Source: Ascidiella aspersa (lineage: Eukaryota). From it: a DNA stretch of 64,000 nucleotides. Of the stretch, positions 53,513 to 64,000 are shown in pieces. The stretch spans positions 4,278,001 to 4,342,000 of the forward strand of contig OZ004614.1 of NCBI GenBank assembly GCA_963924565.1, read 5' to 3'. Positions within the stretch are counted from its first letter, which is position 1, and each line of letters starts with the position of its first letter. Under the pieces are notes generated by a model. That model was not told the origin of the DNA. It did not search any database and saw only the letters and a list, made by a program, of their open reading frames with translations. A program made the position numbers and the translations under genes.

Positions 53513-54200
53513 CTTTAGAAGCAAGATAGAATTGTTACATTATACACAAGAAAACACGATTCTATCATACGTTTTCTATCTTCAACAAACAAAAAGTAGT
53601 AAAACTTTCTAACACCGGGCTTTTATTAGGTTTTGTAATTATTGCGTTAAACTTTGGGAAACAAGCGCTTGACTATGATAAAAGACAGGTATGCCGAACT
53701 TTTTCTAACACGACCTTAATCCTCACAAATGCACAAGTGGGTCATATATTTAACTATATTCTAATTTTAGGCGAAACTTGGCTGCTGCGTTGTTTCAAGT
53801 GCTATTGTCTTGGTTGGCAATTCAAGGTTTTTAAACTATCTCTATTTCACATCGGATTCCTACGAATATTAAGAACCTAAATTGGTAACAAATGATGCAG
53901 CATTTTTCATGGGATTACATGGTCTTACCAGGGTTTAATTTTTACTTTTGCACAACCCGGAAATTGGGCGGCCCTCATTTAAACAGTATAGTGCTAACTA
54001 ACGAAGAATTGTTTTTTACATTTATCCTTTCCTGAAATTGATTGACAGCACTTGGCATTTCTATAGAAACAAAACAAATGGGTCATTAAAAATCTGTGGT
54101 GGGTCACTTTGTGACCCGCGGGTCGGTGGTTCCCCATCCCTGATCTATGATGTAATGGTTATGAATCATTGAAGTTCTCTTAGTTTTCAAATCTACAAAC

Positions 54201-54464
54201 CTTGAATAAAGTCTGGCGGCAATTCTCGGATAAAGTTATTCTCCAAATCCAGGTAGACCAATGAGAGCGCGCCACGTAGTATTTCGGGGTGCCACGTGAC
54301 TATGAAGTTATCTGATAGGTCGAGGCTGGTCAGGTGATCAAGGCCTTGGAAAGCTGACGAGGAAACTGCAGTGACGTCACAATTGGAAGCCTTAATGTTT
54401 GTAATTCGATGGAGGCAGGAGAAAAAACCTTCAGTCGTAGAATCCGAAGAAGATGGCCATTCGT
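54201..54464 (-). CDS. LRR membrane protein, exon 4
   Basis: Translates ...AFQGLDHLTSLDLSDNFI...LVYLDLENNFIRELPPDFIQ; 264 nt, phase 1 to 1. The acceptor is a weaker AAG, so the 5' boundary is less certain. Confidence 0.85.
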
Positions 54465-55034
54465 CTTTTTAAAAATATATATTTTTTTCGTTTAATTGCA
54501 AATAAACCTTTTTCTAAAAGTTATCCCAGTGCGCTTTTAAAATAATGTTCAACATTCGTTTTATAAATCTTTTATAAACTTGGATAATTGTATTTAAAAA
54601 ATTTACGCATAAATGTACGATTGTACGTCTTATCATTTTTTTTTTTTGCAAATGTTTACATTTAGTACAAGTCTACTTTTATGATTTTGCCATCACTCCG
54701 TTTTGTAGTTCATACCTATGTTATTTTGCTCTGATAACATTTTCATTTCGTTTCAAATTTCTCAATTTTGTATCAAACTGGTTACATACTTTGCATCCGA
54801 CAAATTAATTTTGTATTTGTTTATCTTATTTCGCATACTTTATTTACGATTTTATTTCGTATTTTGTTAGTGTCAGTTGTTTTCCTAAATAAACGAAATC
54901 AACTCAAATTTGTCTAAATAATTTTTGTCATGCGAAGAAAGACATCATTCTGATCTTATGCAATGATACGAAAGAATTAGTTTTTGTGAAAAAAACGTGA
55001 AGATTCTTTTTAACCTCAGCTTATTTTAACTTAC

Positions 55035-55188
55035 CGCTGAACAGCTTCGGGATTCGGTTATTCGACAATCGAAGTACAATCAAACTTTCCAGGTCACAAA
55101 GCGCTTCTCGCGGTATGCATTGTGACGTCAGGCGATTGTGGCTCAGGTCAAGTTCAGTTAACTTCTTCAAGTTGGAGAAAGTCTTTTC
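55035..55188 (-). CDS. LRR membrane protein, exon 3
   Basis: Translates EKTFSNLKKLTELDLSHNRLTSQCIPREALCDLESLIVLRLSNNRIPKLFS; donor G|GTAAGT; phases 0 to 1. Confidence 0.9.
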
Positions 55189-55393
55189 CTAACCAGATCA
55201 AAATAATATTTGTCAAAGATTTGTAAAAAGGTTATATTTGTAATACACATTTTTTTATTATTTGTGCTGTATAACATGTTGTGAACCCCACAAGCACATA
55301 GTAAATGAACGACATTACAGGGTGGGCGTGGAATATTTCTAGTTTTTCCAATCTACATTCAAATTATATTTGAACCAAAATTTCTTAACAAAC

Positions 55394-55601
55394 CTGAATG
55401 CACGTAATCTTGTTATGGGCCAGTGAGAGATAATCGAGGTTTGTTGTCGTTACAAAGTGTTCTGACGTCAGCGCCCCCTCAATCTTGTTCCACGAAACGT
55501 CAAAGTCGTGGAGTGACGTCATATGACGTAGAAAGGATTTGGGTAATTCCCCAATTCGATTGTTCCTCAATATTAGTTGTTGAAGAGAGCCACGTGATGA
55601 G
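55394..55601 (-). CDS. LRR membrane protein, exon 2
   Basis: ttctttctAG acceptor; LQQLILRNNRI, LHDFDVSWNKI, LDYLSLAHNKI LRR repeats; donor CAG|GTTTGT; phases 2 to 0 fit. Confidence 0.9.
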
Positions 55602-56005
55602 CTAGAAAGAATTTAAAATTTTGGAAATATAAATGATTTATGTGTTGTGCTTCCACAAATAAAGTATTTTAAACTTTTTGCTTTTATTCCGTATTTTTTC
55701 ATTTACTTTTAATAAATCAGAAATTTTTTTACGAACTGTTTTTATTATCAATTTCAAGTAACTTTGTTGTGCTCATAGTAGTGGTAACAACACCCGTAAC
55801 TTTTTAATAAATCTTTTATTTTATTATATTTTAGCGCCAATGTTTCTACAAAAGTAATTAATACTGCACATACAGAAATAGTAAGAAAAACGCAAATTAA
55901 AACAAAAAAATGGAATAGGTTTATTACCAGTAGCATGCATATACCAAACCTGCACTACACAGGCTTATGAAAATAATCCAAACAACACGTTTATATTCAA
56001 CTCAC

Positions 56006-56244
56006 TTAATGACGTAATCTTCACTCAATGACGTCATCAAATTGTCGCTGAAGTCAATAAGAGTCAAAGGTACTTTCCCGAGTATGGGCGGAAATGACGA
56101 CAGATTAGCCGAATTGCAAAAGGCGGAAGCGGCGTTGACGTAACAAAGGCAATTGTTATCCTTGCAATTCTCGGCGCGCGATAACCGCGAGGTGGCAGCA
56201 GTGAGCAAAATGCAAATTGCGACGAATTTTGTCATAACTCTCAT
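56006..56244 (-). CDS. LRR type I membrane protein, exon 1 (signal peptide, LRRNT, first LRR)
   Basis: ATG 56244; hydrophobic signal FVAICILLTAA; LRRNT CKDNNCLC...FCNSANLSSFP; LTLIDFSDNLM; donor AA|GTGAGT (phase 2). Confidence 0.88.
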
Positions 56245-58218
56245 CAACTCATATGTATGGCATTATATGTTCGAACAACTAAATTTTGTCAGACACGTGT
56301 TAAGTACAAACGGCAAAAAGTGCTAACGGCAAAAGTTTTACAGCAAAAAATATTTGTTCGCCCAAACTGGTATTTGAAAAATAACAAGTAAAGGCTGCCA
56401 AGAAAAATAACGTCCAGAAACCCTTTCCAAATTTACTAACTTTTACAATATTCAATTTGAATCAAACCGATCTTTTATTTCCAATAACTAATAAGTGTTC
56501 TAACTTTAAACAATTTCTTAAAATAGGATCTAGAATGCTACAGACTTTAGCGGTACATTTAAGTGTGTGAAAAAAACTAATTGTTACCATAGAAATCAGA
56601 CAAACGACACTTAATATACCTAACAATCATGCTTCATTTCAATAAAATGCAGAAAATATATATTTTACGTATTTTACTATCGATTGACTGCAAGTTAATT
56701 GGCTTGCTGTGCCTTGAACTGCATATTAGCTGTCTACTGAAACCAAACAAGCATGAATAACTTGAACTTATACTTTGAAACTCTTCCATTAATAACACTG
56801 TTCAACTCTTTGGTTTACCGGTACTTTTGCATTTTTGTTTACTGTTTAAAAGTCTTATCACAAACATAAACTTTTAATCTATTTTTTTTTCCAGTCCTCT
56901 CTTACAACTTAAAAAAACTCCCAGATAAAAATTAATCAAGGTCTATTGCCTTTTTTAGCATAAAATATTTCTATAAAGTAATGAATAACTTACACTTACA
57001 TAAATAATACCGTTCAACATTTTGTTACATTGTTACATTTTTTATACTGTTTAATAAGTTTTATCAAAAACAGATAATTTAACCATAAATTTCGCTCCGG
57101 TTCAATCATACATTTTTTAAAAAGCAGGTCTTATCACAAACATATCAATTTTAATTTTAGTAGTTTCAAATTACACAACTAGTTTTTCATCTGTTGTCCC
57201 GCACAAAATGGATTTAAAATGATTTGACGGTCAGCACACTGACAAAGTCCACAAACCCGTATCTCCGGCCCACTTTGCACAATGGAACGTTCCAGAACGC
57301 CTGCTGTGCCACCCCACATCAATCTAAGTTTATTACTTGCCATTGTTACGTCACAAGAAACCGTTTATTTGCCCGGTCAGTGTGACGAAACAGATGAGTT
57401 AATTTGAATGGAAACAAGTTTAATGGATAACGTTAGATCTAAATACGTTTCGTTTAATAGCGATAATAAACGATAAAGCAAATAGTTTCAACACAAACAT
57501 TAGAAAGTTCCAATATGAAATGTTTATTGGATTGCTCTATACTTATTTGTACTTTAGTTGTAAATCAAAAAACAACAAACTTTTATTTGGTTTTGGTTAC
57601 AGACTTATTAAGAACGAACTAAAACATAATTTGCCTTTACTTATTTTCGTCAACACATTATCTCTCATGGTTTTACAGACCATTAGCATATTATAAGATT
57701 TAAAGATATCGGAGATAAATGGAAACAACCAGAATACGAAGTAAAGTAGGCAGAAACACCTTTAAGATAGCAAGTTTCTTGAATTATTTTTGAATCACAA
57801 CCTACGGCTTATCAACATGTAAATGACAAAGAAAGAAAACTAGGCACAAAAAAATAATAACGGAATAGACATATCTTGATCAGTGGTGTCATAATTTGTG
57901 CCATCGATAATTATATATTTAGTAAATAAATTGGTAAAGTACTTAATATGCATTACTGTAAAAGCAATTTCCAGACGTTGCTCAGTTAAAAATAAAACAA
58001 AAATATTGGAAAAATTGTTCTTTAATAGATTTCAAGTTGCATAATAAAGAATTTGTAATCGATTAGGTAACCTTTTTACCTCGTAGCTAAGTTATCTTGG
58101 ACCTTTAAACCAATTCGCTCCAATCTTGCGAAGAGAGTTATCTTCTAAAACGCTTATTAAAATACAGGGGAAAAAAGAAAAGTTCTATACCCACAAAAGA
58201 AACGATTAGGGCATATAA

Positions 58219-58551
58219 CAGGGGTTCTTAAACTGGGGTCCATGCACCCCTTGGGGGTACGTGAACTAGTTTTAGGGGGTTTATGAAAGCCTAATTGAAA
58301 TATTTGTGTATATTTAGAAAGTAATAAATTTTTCAAGGAAAAGAGTTTAATAAAAAATTAAAGTTTTTTTCTGTAAATGTATTTATACTTGGTATCATAT
58401 TAATTTTTTTTTAATTTATTGGAAAAAAACAGCGGATTTCTTACGTCTATTTGTAATGTGACGTCATCTCTAGAAATTTCTTCCATACTCTGGACCACGC
58501 GAAGCAAAAAAAATTTAGGGGTTCGCGGTAATAAAAGTTAAAGAACCACTG
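58219..58551. mobile_element. hAT MITE, same family
   Basis: CAGGGGTTCTTAAAC ... AAAGAACCACTG; degenerate 8-bp TSD gcatataa/gcgtacaa; colinear with 26499-27037 minus the nested insert. Confidence 0.82.
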
Positions 58552-58562
58552 GCGTACAATAA

Positions 58563-59131
58563 CTATGGCGTGATGGGATCGCTCGACCGATATTGATGAA
58601 CTGTGTTCTCGGTGCAACTAAACCTCACAGACTTGCACTGACAACCCGCAGTGTCAGGCGCAGCTGGTATCCGGTCGTCCGCGGTCTCCTGGCGACTGTT
58701 GCCTGGGACAACGCACACCTCCCTAGCAACGACAGGCTTGGAATTGTTGAGCCTCACAACCCGGTTGACCTTAAGCGGTGTCTTTGGTCTACAAGGAGCA
58801 AAATGCTCTCCTACAATTCCAAGTGTTCTTTCTTCGGAAAGCACGCACTCGCGACCTCTAGCGAACGCTCTTGACACTGCTACAGCGACGCTTGATGGCG
58901 CTCGCGACACGCGACGATAAGGCGGTCGTGGTTTGTTCATTTTTTGTTGGTTTGCTTCGTTTTGCGGCTTTGCTGGTTCAGGGGGGAGTGGGGGTGGTAT
59001 CTTCGCGTCGTATTGTGACGCCACAGATGTAACGACCCCACTTTGAACCCTGGGGGTGTTTTGGGGGCTTGGGAAAGGGGCTGAGTAGGCCCTTGTACGT
59101 GGCAGACGAGAACGATCATACGTTATTTTAT
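58563..59131 (-). CDS. Uncharacterised low-complexity protein, last exon (Pro/Arg-rich, RVxF motif)
   Basis: Acceptor tttttttgttgacAG|AT gives DKITYDRS in frame; PPPLPPEP; KSVRF near C-terminus; TAG at 58565-58563. The four exons total 1254 nt = 417 aa + stop. Confidence 0.72.
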
Positions 59132-59980
59132 CTGTCAACAAAAAAATAGGTTAGACATGAGGTTTTTAAGCTAGGCTATTGTTTAAAATTTCAAAACAAC
59201 CATGGAACAATTGCTGTAGTAGGTAACAGTTGGTTATTATCCAGTTCATAATTTTGAGTCAACAATCCTTAACAAAAATCGATGGTTGACGGAGGCAGAA
59301 AGCGGATTTTATTTCACACTAGTGTGAACTATCAACAAAACATAACTGCAAAATGTGCTGAATTTTCAACCATCCGTTGAACCCTAGTTTGGGGGTACAG
59401 GAAGGCCTAATTGAAATCTTGGTGTATGATTGGAAAAATAGAAAACATTAAAATAAGAGTTAATTTGAAATAAACGCTTTGACTCCTTCTGTTTTGCTTT
59501 TCATATGACGTCAGGTTATGACGTCATCTCTAAATATTCCAAACCGACAATGGTTTACGCGAACCAAAAAGATGTCAGTGTTTCTGCGGTAAAAAAATTA
59601 TCAACCCCTGAACTAGACTAAGGTACGATTCAAAGATATTTTTGCGAGTTTATCAAATAACCAAGGTCGTCTTACGCTTACAAAATGTTAAGATCTACCC
59701 AAGATATTTGTTGGACAGCTCTCAACTTCTATACGCGAAATGTTTCAAACGTATTGTGGGTATGAATTAGGATTAGGACGGTAGTTAGTCAGCTAGCGGG
59801 TTATGGTCATTACTAGGAGCAGTGTTTTTTCAAGGTGTCTTGTGTTTTTTTTAAGGTGAAATTTCTCCAGCGGTTTCCCAAATTTTGGACTTGCAACTTT
59901 TTGGTATTTAAATGAAACACTTGCGGTCTCTTAAAACTACTTAGCGGTCACCCAAACCAAACCTTAAAAAAAAACCTGAC

Positions 59981-60353
59981 AAGGGATGTCCGATAATTAA
60001 TTTACCAGTTTATTCCGGCACCAATACCTCATATTTGGACCAAAAGTATTGAGATCAGGTATCAAATGACGTCATAGATATGCTAAAATTTATTTGAAGG
60101 CATGTTTTTTTTACGTTATTCGGAATAATTTTGCTTTAGCGTTGAGAAGTTAGTAAGGACAAGTTGTTAACTTACTATTTTGTGATGCATTCAAATTTCA
60201 AAGAAGAAATCACTACGATTGACCGAAAATCAAGGCTAAATTCTTATAAAAATTTGGCGTCAGAACGGCACCGATATTACAATATCGGACCAATGCCGAT
60301 ACTAACAGTTCGTATCGGATATCGGTTTCATCCGATTTTATCGGACATCCGTA
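59981..60353. mobile_element. MITE with AGGGATGTCCGATAA termini (CGATA/TATCG-rich family)
   Basis: Inverted termini agggatgtccgataa / ttatcggacatccgt; related fragments at ~8040-8130, 28264-28655 and 62425-62625. Confidence 0.65.
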
Positions 60354-60664
60354 GTCATTACCATCTCGTAAATAAAATCATTTATTCACGCGATCGGTTT
60401 ATTTAACTTTGTTATCAGTATAACCTAATATGAAAAAAACTGAGTTTTTAAAGTGCGCCATTTAGAAGAAGTTAGATGCGGATAAGTATAATTATTTTTA
60501 ACAAGAATATTTTTCGTCAACCCTTTTTTTATCCATCCAAAAGCACAACATTTCAATCAGCAATCAAACCCAGATTTTCACAACCTTGTTTAAAAAAATA
60601 TTCTTTTTATAATTTTTTATTGTTTTTTGGCTAAAAACATTCTTCAAGCAGTTTTTCCACTCAC

Positions 60665-61064
60665 CAGATCTCGTGTTTCGCCTCGTTTCCCGAGGTCTTA
60701 CTTGTCCGCCCGGAGCGGTGTGAATATACCGGTAGCACCCGCCGGTCACATGACTCAACTGTGACGTCATCAATTCACTGTTTCCCAGCTCGTCTGTGAC
60801 GAAACAGAAGTCGCGGTCGAACGCGCGACTATTTCGCGACGTTTCGGCGGTAGGTCGTCCGCACGGCGTCGCTGCTGAGTTGTCCTCGAATATTCGGTAG
60901 TTTAGGTTTCCGCTAGACGACAGTAGAGAGCCTGGAGCGGTCGAGGGCTTTGAAGGGAGTTTGTAGACTGGTTGACGCGACTGGATTTGGCTAAGGGTGA
61001 TGTTTGCTTTTTCCACGTCGAACTTCAGGGGAGGAATAGAAGACAATGTCTCTTTGCCTGGATT
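60665..61064 (-). CDS. Uncharacterised low-complexity protein, exon 3
   Basis: Acceptor aatcgtAG|AATCCA in frame with ORF 60564-61046; GC-rich; donor TCTG|GTGAGT (phase 1). Confidence 0.72.
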
Positions 61065-61840
61065 CTACGATTAATAATAAAATTTAGCATGAAATGTTGC
61101 ATGAAATTCCAAAGTTAAATTTTTTTTAAGTTTTATTCATTTAAACGTCATTTGGATATTAATTAACGAGGAGGTCTGCAACAAATATTGTAAAGCTTGA
61201 AGGTCTTTAATTTCAAACAAATAAACTAGTAGACATTGTTTATTATCACTGAATATTGCAATTATGGCCCGGTAAACTCTAACTTAAAACATAAATCTTA
61301 GACTTTGATTCAAGGCAAACCAACTAAAAGAAAAGTTTTTTCGTTAACAGGTTTGTGAAAACTACAATACTTTAGGAAATACAAACTAACACAAAGCAGA
61401 ACAAAGAAATTAAGAGTAGATTTAATTGGCAAATATTAAAATAATGTCACGGAAAAGTTAAAACAAGTAAAAAAAGTGTTACTAGGTTATAAATCAAAAA
61501 AAAAATTTAAGCTTTTCACTCCGCGGTGGCTTACACTTTACAATAAAAACAAAATTGAAATATCAACGAAAATATGCGATTGGAGCCGGTTGTCTACACA
61601 TTTCTAACTTCACGTGCACCGCAAGTGGGTTAAAAAGTTCACGAAACGCGTGCGTGTATGACGTCACAAGGCCCCTCGACGCGATCGCGAGAGTGGCAAT
61701 CCAGTGTGGCGTTGCGTCGCGTCTGGCAGCGATTTGTCACAAAGCACGAACGCTTGATACAAGAAGTATGAGCCTGGCCTCAAGTTTGATGTGAGAGCAA
61801 AACATGTCGAAGTGTTCGCTGTTACGTTAAATCTGCCACA

Positions 61841-62252
61841 TAAACTACCAGAGACCACGTGAAACTATCAGAGACCACGTAAAACTACCAGAGACCACGT
61901 GAAACTACCAGAGACCACGTAAAACTACAAGAGACCACGTAAAACTACCAAAAAACACGTAAAACTATTAGAGACCACGTAAAACTACCAGAGACACGTA
62001 AAACTATTAGAGACACGTAAAACTGCCACAGACCACGTAAAACTACCAGAGACAACGTAAAACTACCAGAGACCACATAAAACTACCAAAAACCACGTAA
62101 AACTACCAGGGACCACGTAAAACTACCAGAGACCACGTAAACCTACCAGAGACCACGTAAAACTATCAGAGACCCAATTAAAACTACCAGAGATCACGTA
62201 ACACTATCAGAGACCACGTAAAACTACCAGAGACCATGTAAAACCACCAGAG
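61841..62252 (+). repeat. 20-bp minisatellite (TAAAACTACCAGAGACCACG)n, ~20 copies, intronic
   Basis: Head-to-tail units with scattered substitutions and no spacers. Confidence 0.95.
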
Positions 62253-62886
62253 TCCGATGTGCGCATGCGCAGTACAAAATTTTAAAACTGATATGGCCGA
62301 CAACTGTAAATTGTAATAGCGGTATAGCATAAGGTGAATTTTTTTGCCTTTAGGTCCTGTCTATAATAACAAATCGGGGCCAAATATTTGATGCCAAGTT
62401 GAAGCATTGCTAAATTTCAAATTCGGAAACGAGTGTGGTATCGTTTACTTGCCCGATACTAGGGTTATATCGGTGCCGATTCGATACAAAACCCATCCGA
62501 AACTAGTGTGGTATCGTTCCTTGTCCGATACTAGGGTGGTATCGGTACACGTCCTTACTTGGTGGTATCGTTCCTTGTCCGATACTAAGGTGGTATCGGT
62601 GCCCATACGATACCAAATCACTATATGTATTTTAGCTATGACTGGCGATCTAACGCAGCGATTTTTACTTTGAAAATGAGTTGGGGGGCGATAAATTAGG
62701 CCCTAGTTTGGCTGAATGGGCATACACCTGAAAGAAATCCATGTTTGTTATGCTGTACAGCAATGGAATCTGATGGGCGCAAATAAGAGTCAGTTTTCGG
62801 CTGCTTAGAGCGGAGCACCAAGTTTTTTACCATGGCTGTTAACTGTGAGGACTAAAGGTCGTTTGTTGGGTATTTTTAAAAATCAC

Positions 62887-63014
62887 CTGATGTAGAAGCA
62901 GAAGGGCGTTATCATTGCGGATTGCCCGAAGTTTAGAAAGCTTCTCTCTGCACAGTAGGACAGTGCGATCATCCGACTTCGAATGACGAGGTCTCGTGGG
63001 TCGGCGTCGGTCAA
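62887..63014 (-). CDS. Uncharacterised low-complexity protein, exon 2 (not in ORF track)
   Basis: Strong acceptor ttttttttcAG; open frame VDRRRPTRPRHSKSDDRTVLLCREKLSKLRAIRNDNALLLLHQ; donor CAG|GTGATT; phases 1 to 0 fit both neighbours. Confidence 0.68.
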
Positions 63015-63755
63015 CTGAAAAAAAACGGGGGTTTTGTTGGTTTTTGAATCACCTCAAAAAGAATCGTTGTTGACCTGAGCTGTGCACTTAAGTCACTGAT
63101 TTTAAATGACTTGGCTTGACCTAGGTAGTTTCGGTAAAATTAATTTATTTAATTGTTTGGACAAAAGACATGACTTGAACTTCATAAAATCATAGAGTCA
63201 TAAAATCATGAAATCACCTGTGTTGGAATTATGTGTTTTTATTTACAATTTAATTGTAAAATTGAGCTATTTGTCAATTACACGTAAAACAAACAGTTTG
63301 CTACATGTTGATTTTCTTTATATTTTAGTTAACTTACTGCTCAAAATCGGAGGAGTTTTTTAAAAACTATTTTTTAAAGCAATTTTAAAGATTTATTGTT
63401 TTATTTTGATATTTGACTTGGAGATGACTTGCTCTAAAATGACTTGACTCGGACTTGACTTTTGCAACTGATGACTTGGACTTGACTAGTTATTTACTAA
63501 ATAAAATTGACTTTGACTTAAGTTATTTCACAAATGACTTGATTCGGAGTTAAGTCATTTCGAAAAGACTTGTTTACACACTCGAAAAGCAGTAAAACTT
63601 AAAAAAACACGAACCTCAGTTTAACATAACCGCAGCTATACTACAATACATTTGTAGGCTCTACTACCGTTTTGGTAATTGTTAATTAATATGTTTTAAA
63701 TTTCCATATTGGGAGAGAATTTTTCTCGAGAAATAAACAAAACAACCAAACCTAC

Positions 63756-63912
63756 CTTCGCCTTGTGACCTCATTGACCTTGCGAACGCACTGCAGCATT
63801 GTCTGACGTCATGAGTTGGTTGTTGCGTCAGAACGACGTCACTCGGGTAGGTGTTACGTAACAAACCAAGTCGACGCTGCGGTCGAAATCTTTCTTGAAG
63901 CAAGGACGACAT
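63756..63912 (-). CDS. Uncharacterised low-complexity protein, exon 1
   Basis: aaaaaATG at 63912; donor GAAG|GTAGGT, phase 1, matches next exon. Confidence 0.65.
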
Positions 63913-64000
63913 TTTTTACATTTTGTTTTTTATTTCTCGCGCATTAAACAGAACAATATATTTGCGTTGATTTGCGCATTTTACATTTTATTCAAAGTAC

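Noticed and set aside
61664-61858. Extra exon of the orphan gene
   Set aside because: GC-rich, but no phase 0-0 open frame with a good donor was found; the flanking exons already join in frame.
61841-62252. CRISPR-like array
   Set aside because: Units are contiguous with no unique spacers, the context is a eukaryotic intron and there are no cas genes.

Overview
AT-rich, intron-containing eukaryotic (metazoan) DNA, not prokaryotic. The compact introns, MITE/SINE landscape and strong TGACGTCA enrichment suggest an invertebrate chordate such as an ascidian; this taxon call is inference. Four minus-strand protein-coding genes can be spliced together by hand with consistent phases. (1) A Cip/Kip CDK inhibitor (main exon 554-1319; last exon probably outside the window). 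(2) A second, divergent Cip/Kip paralog (37748-38471 + 35956-36110) with a split PIP-degron. (3) A 6-exon, ~795-aa LRR/mucin-stalk type I membrane protein (51809-56244). (4) A 4-exon, ~417-aa low-complexity protein with a C-terminal RVxF motif (58563-63912). A ~34 kb stretch with no recognisable coding exon lies between the two CKI genes. It contains a near-perfect p53 response element, hAT MITEs, a tRNA-derived SINE and two families of small fold-back elements carrying hammerhead-ribozyme motifs. One family has a canonical minimal hammerhead in inverted duplicate (20294-20597). The other is an abundant family with an apparent U3-A8 compensatory core (best copy 26606-26796). All alignments and counts were done by eye.
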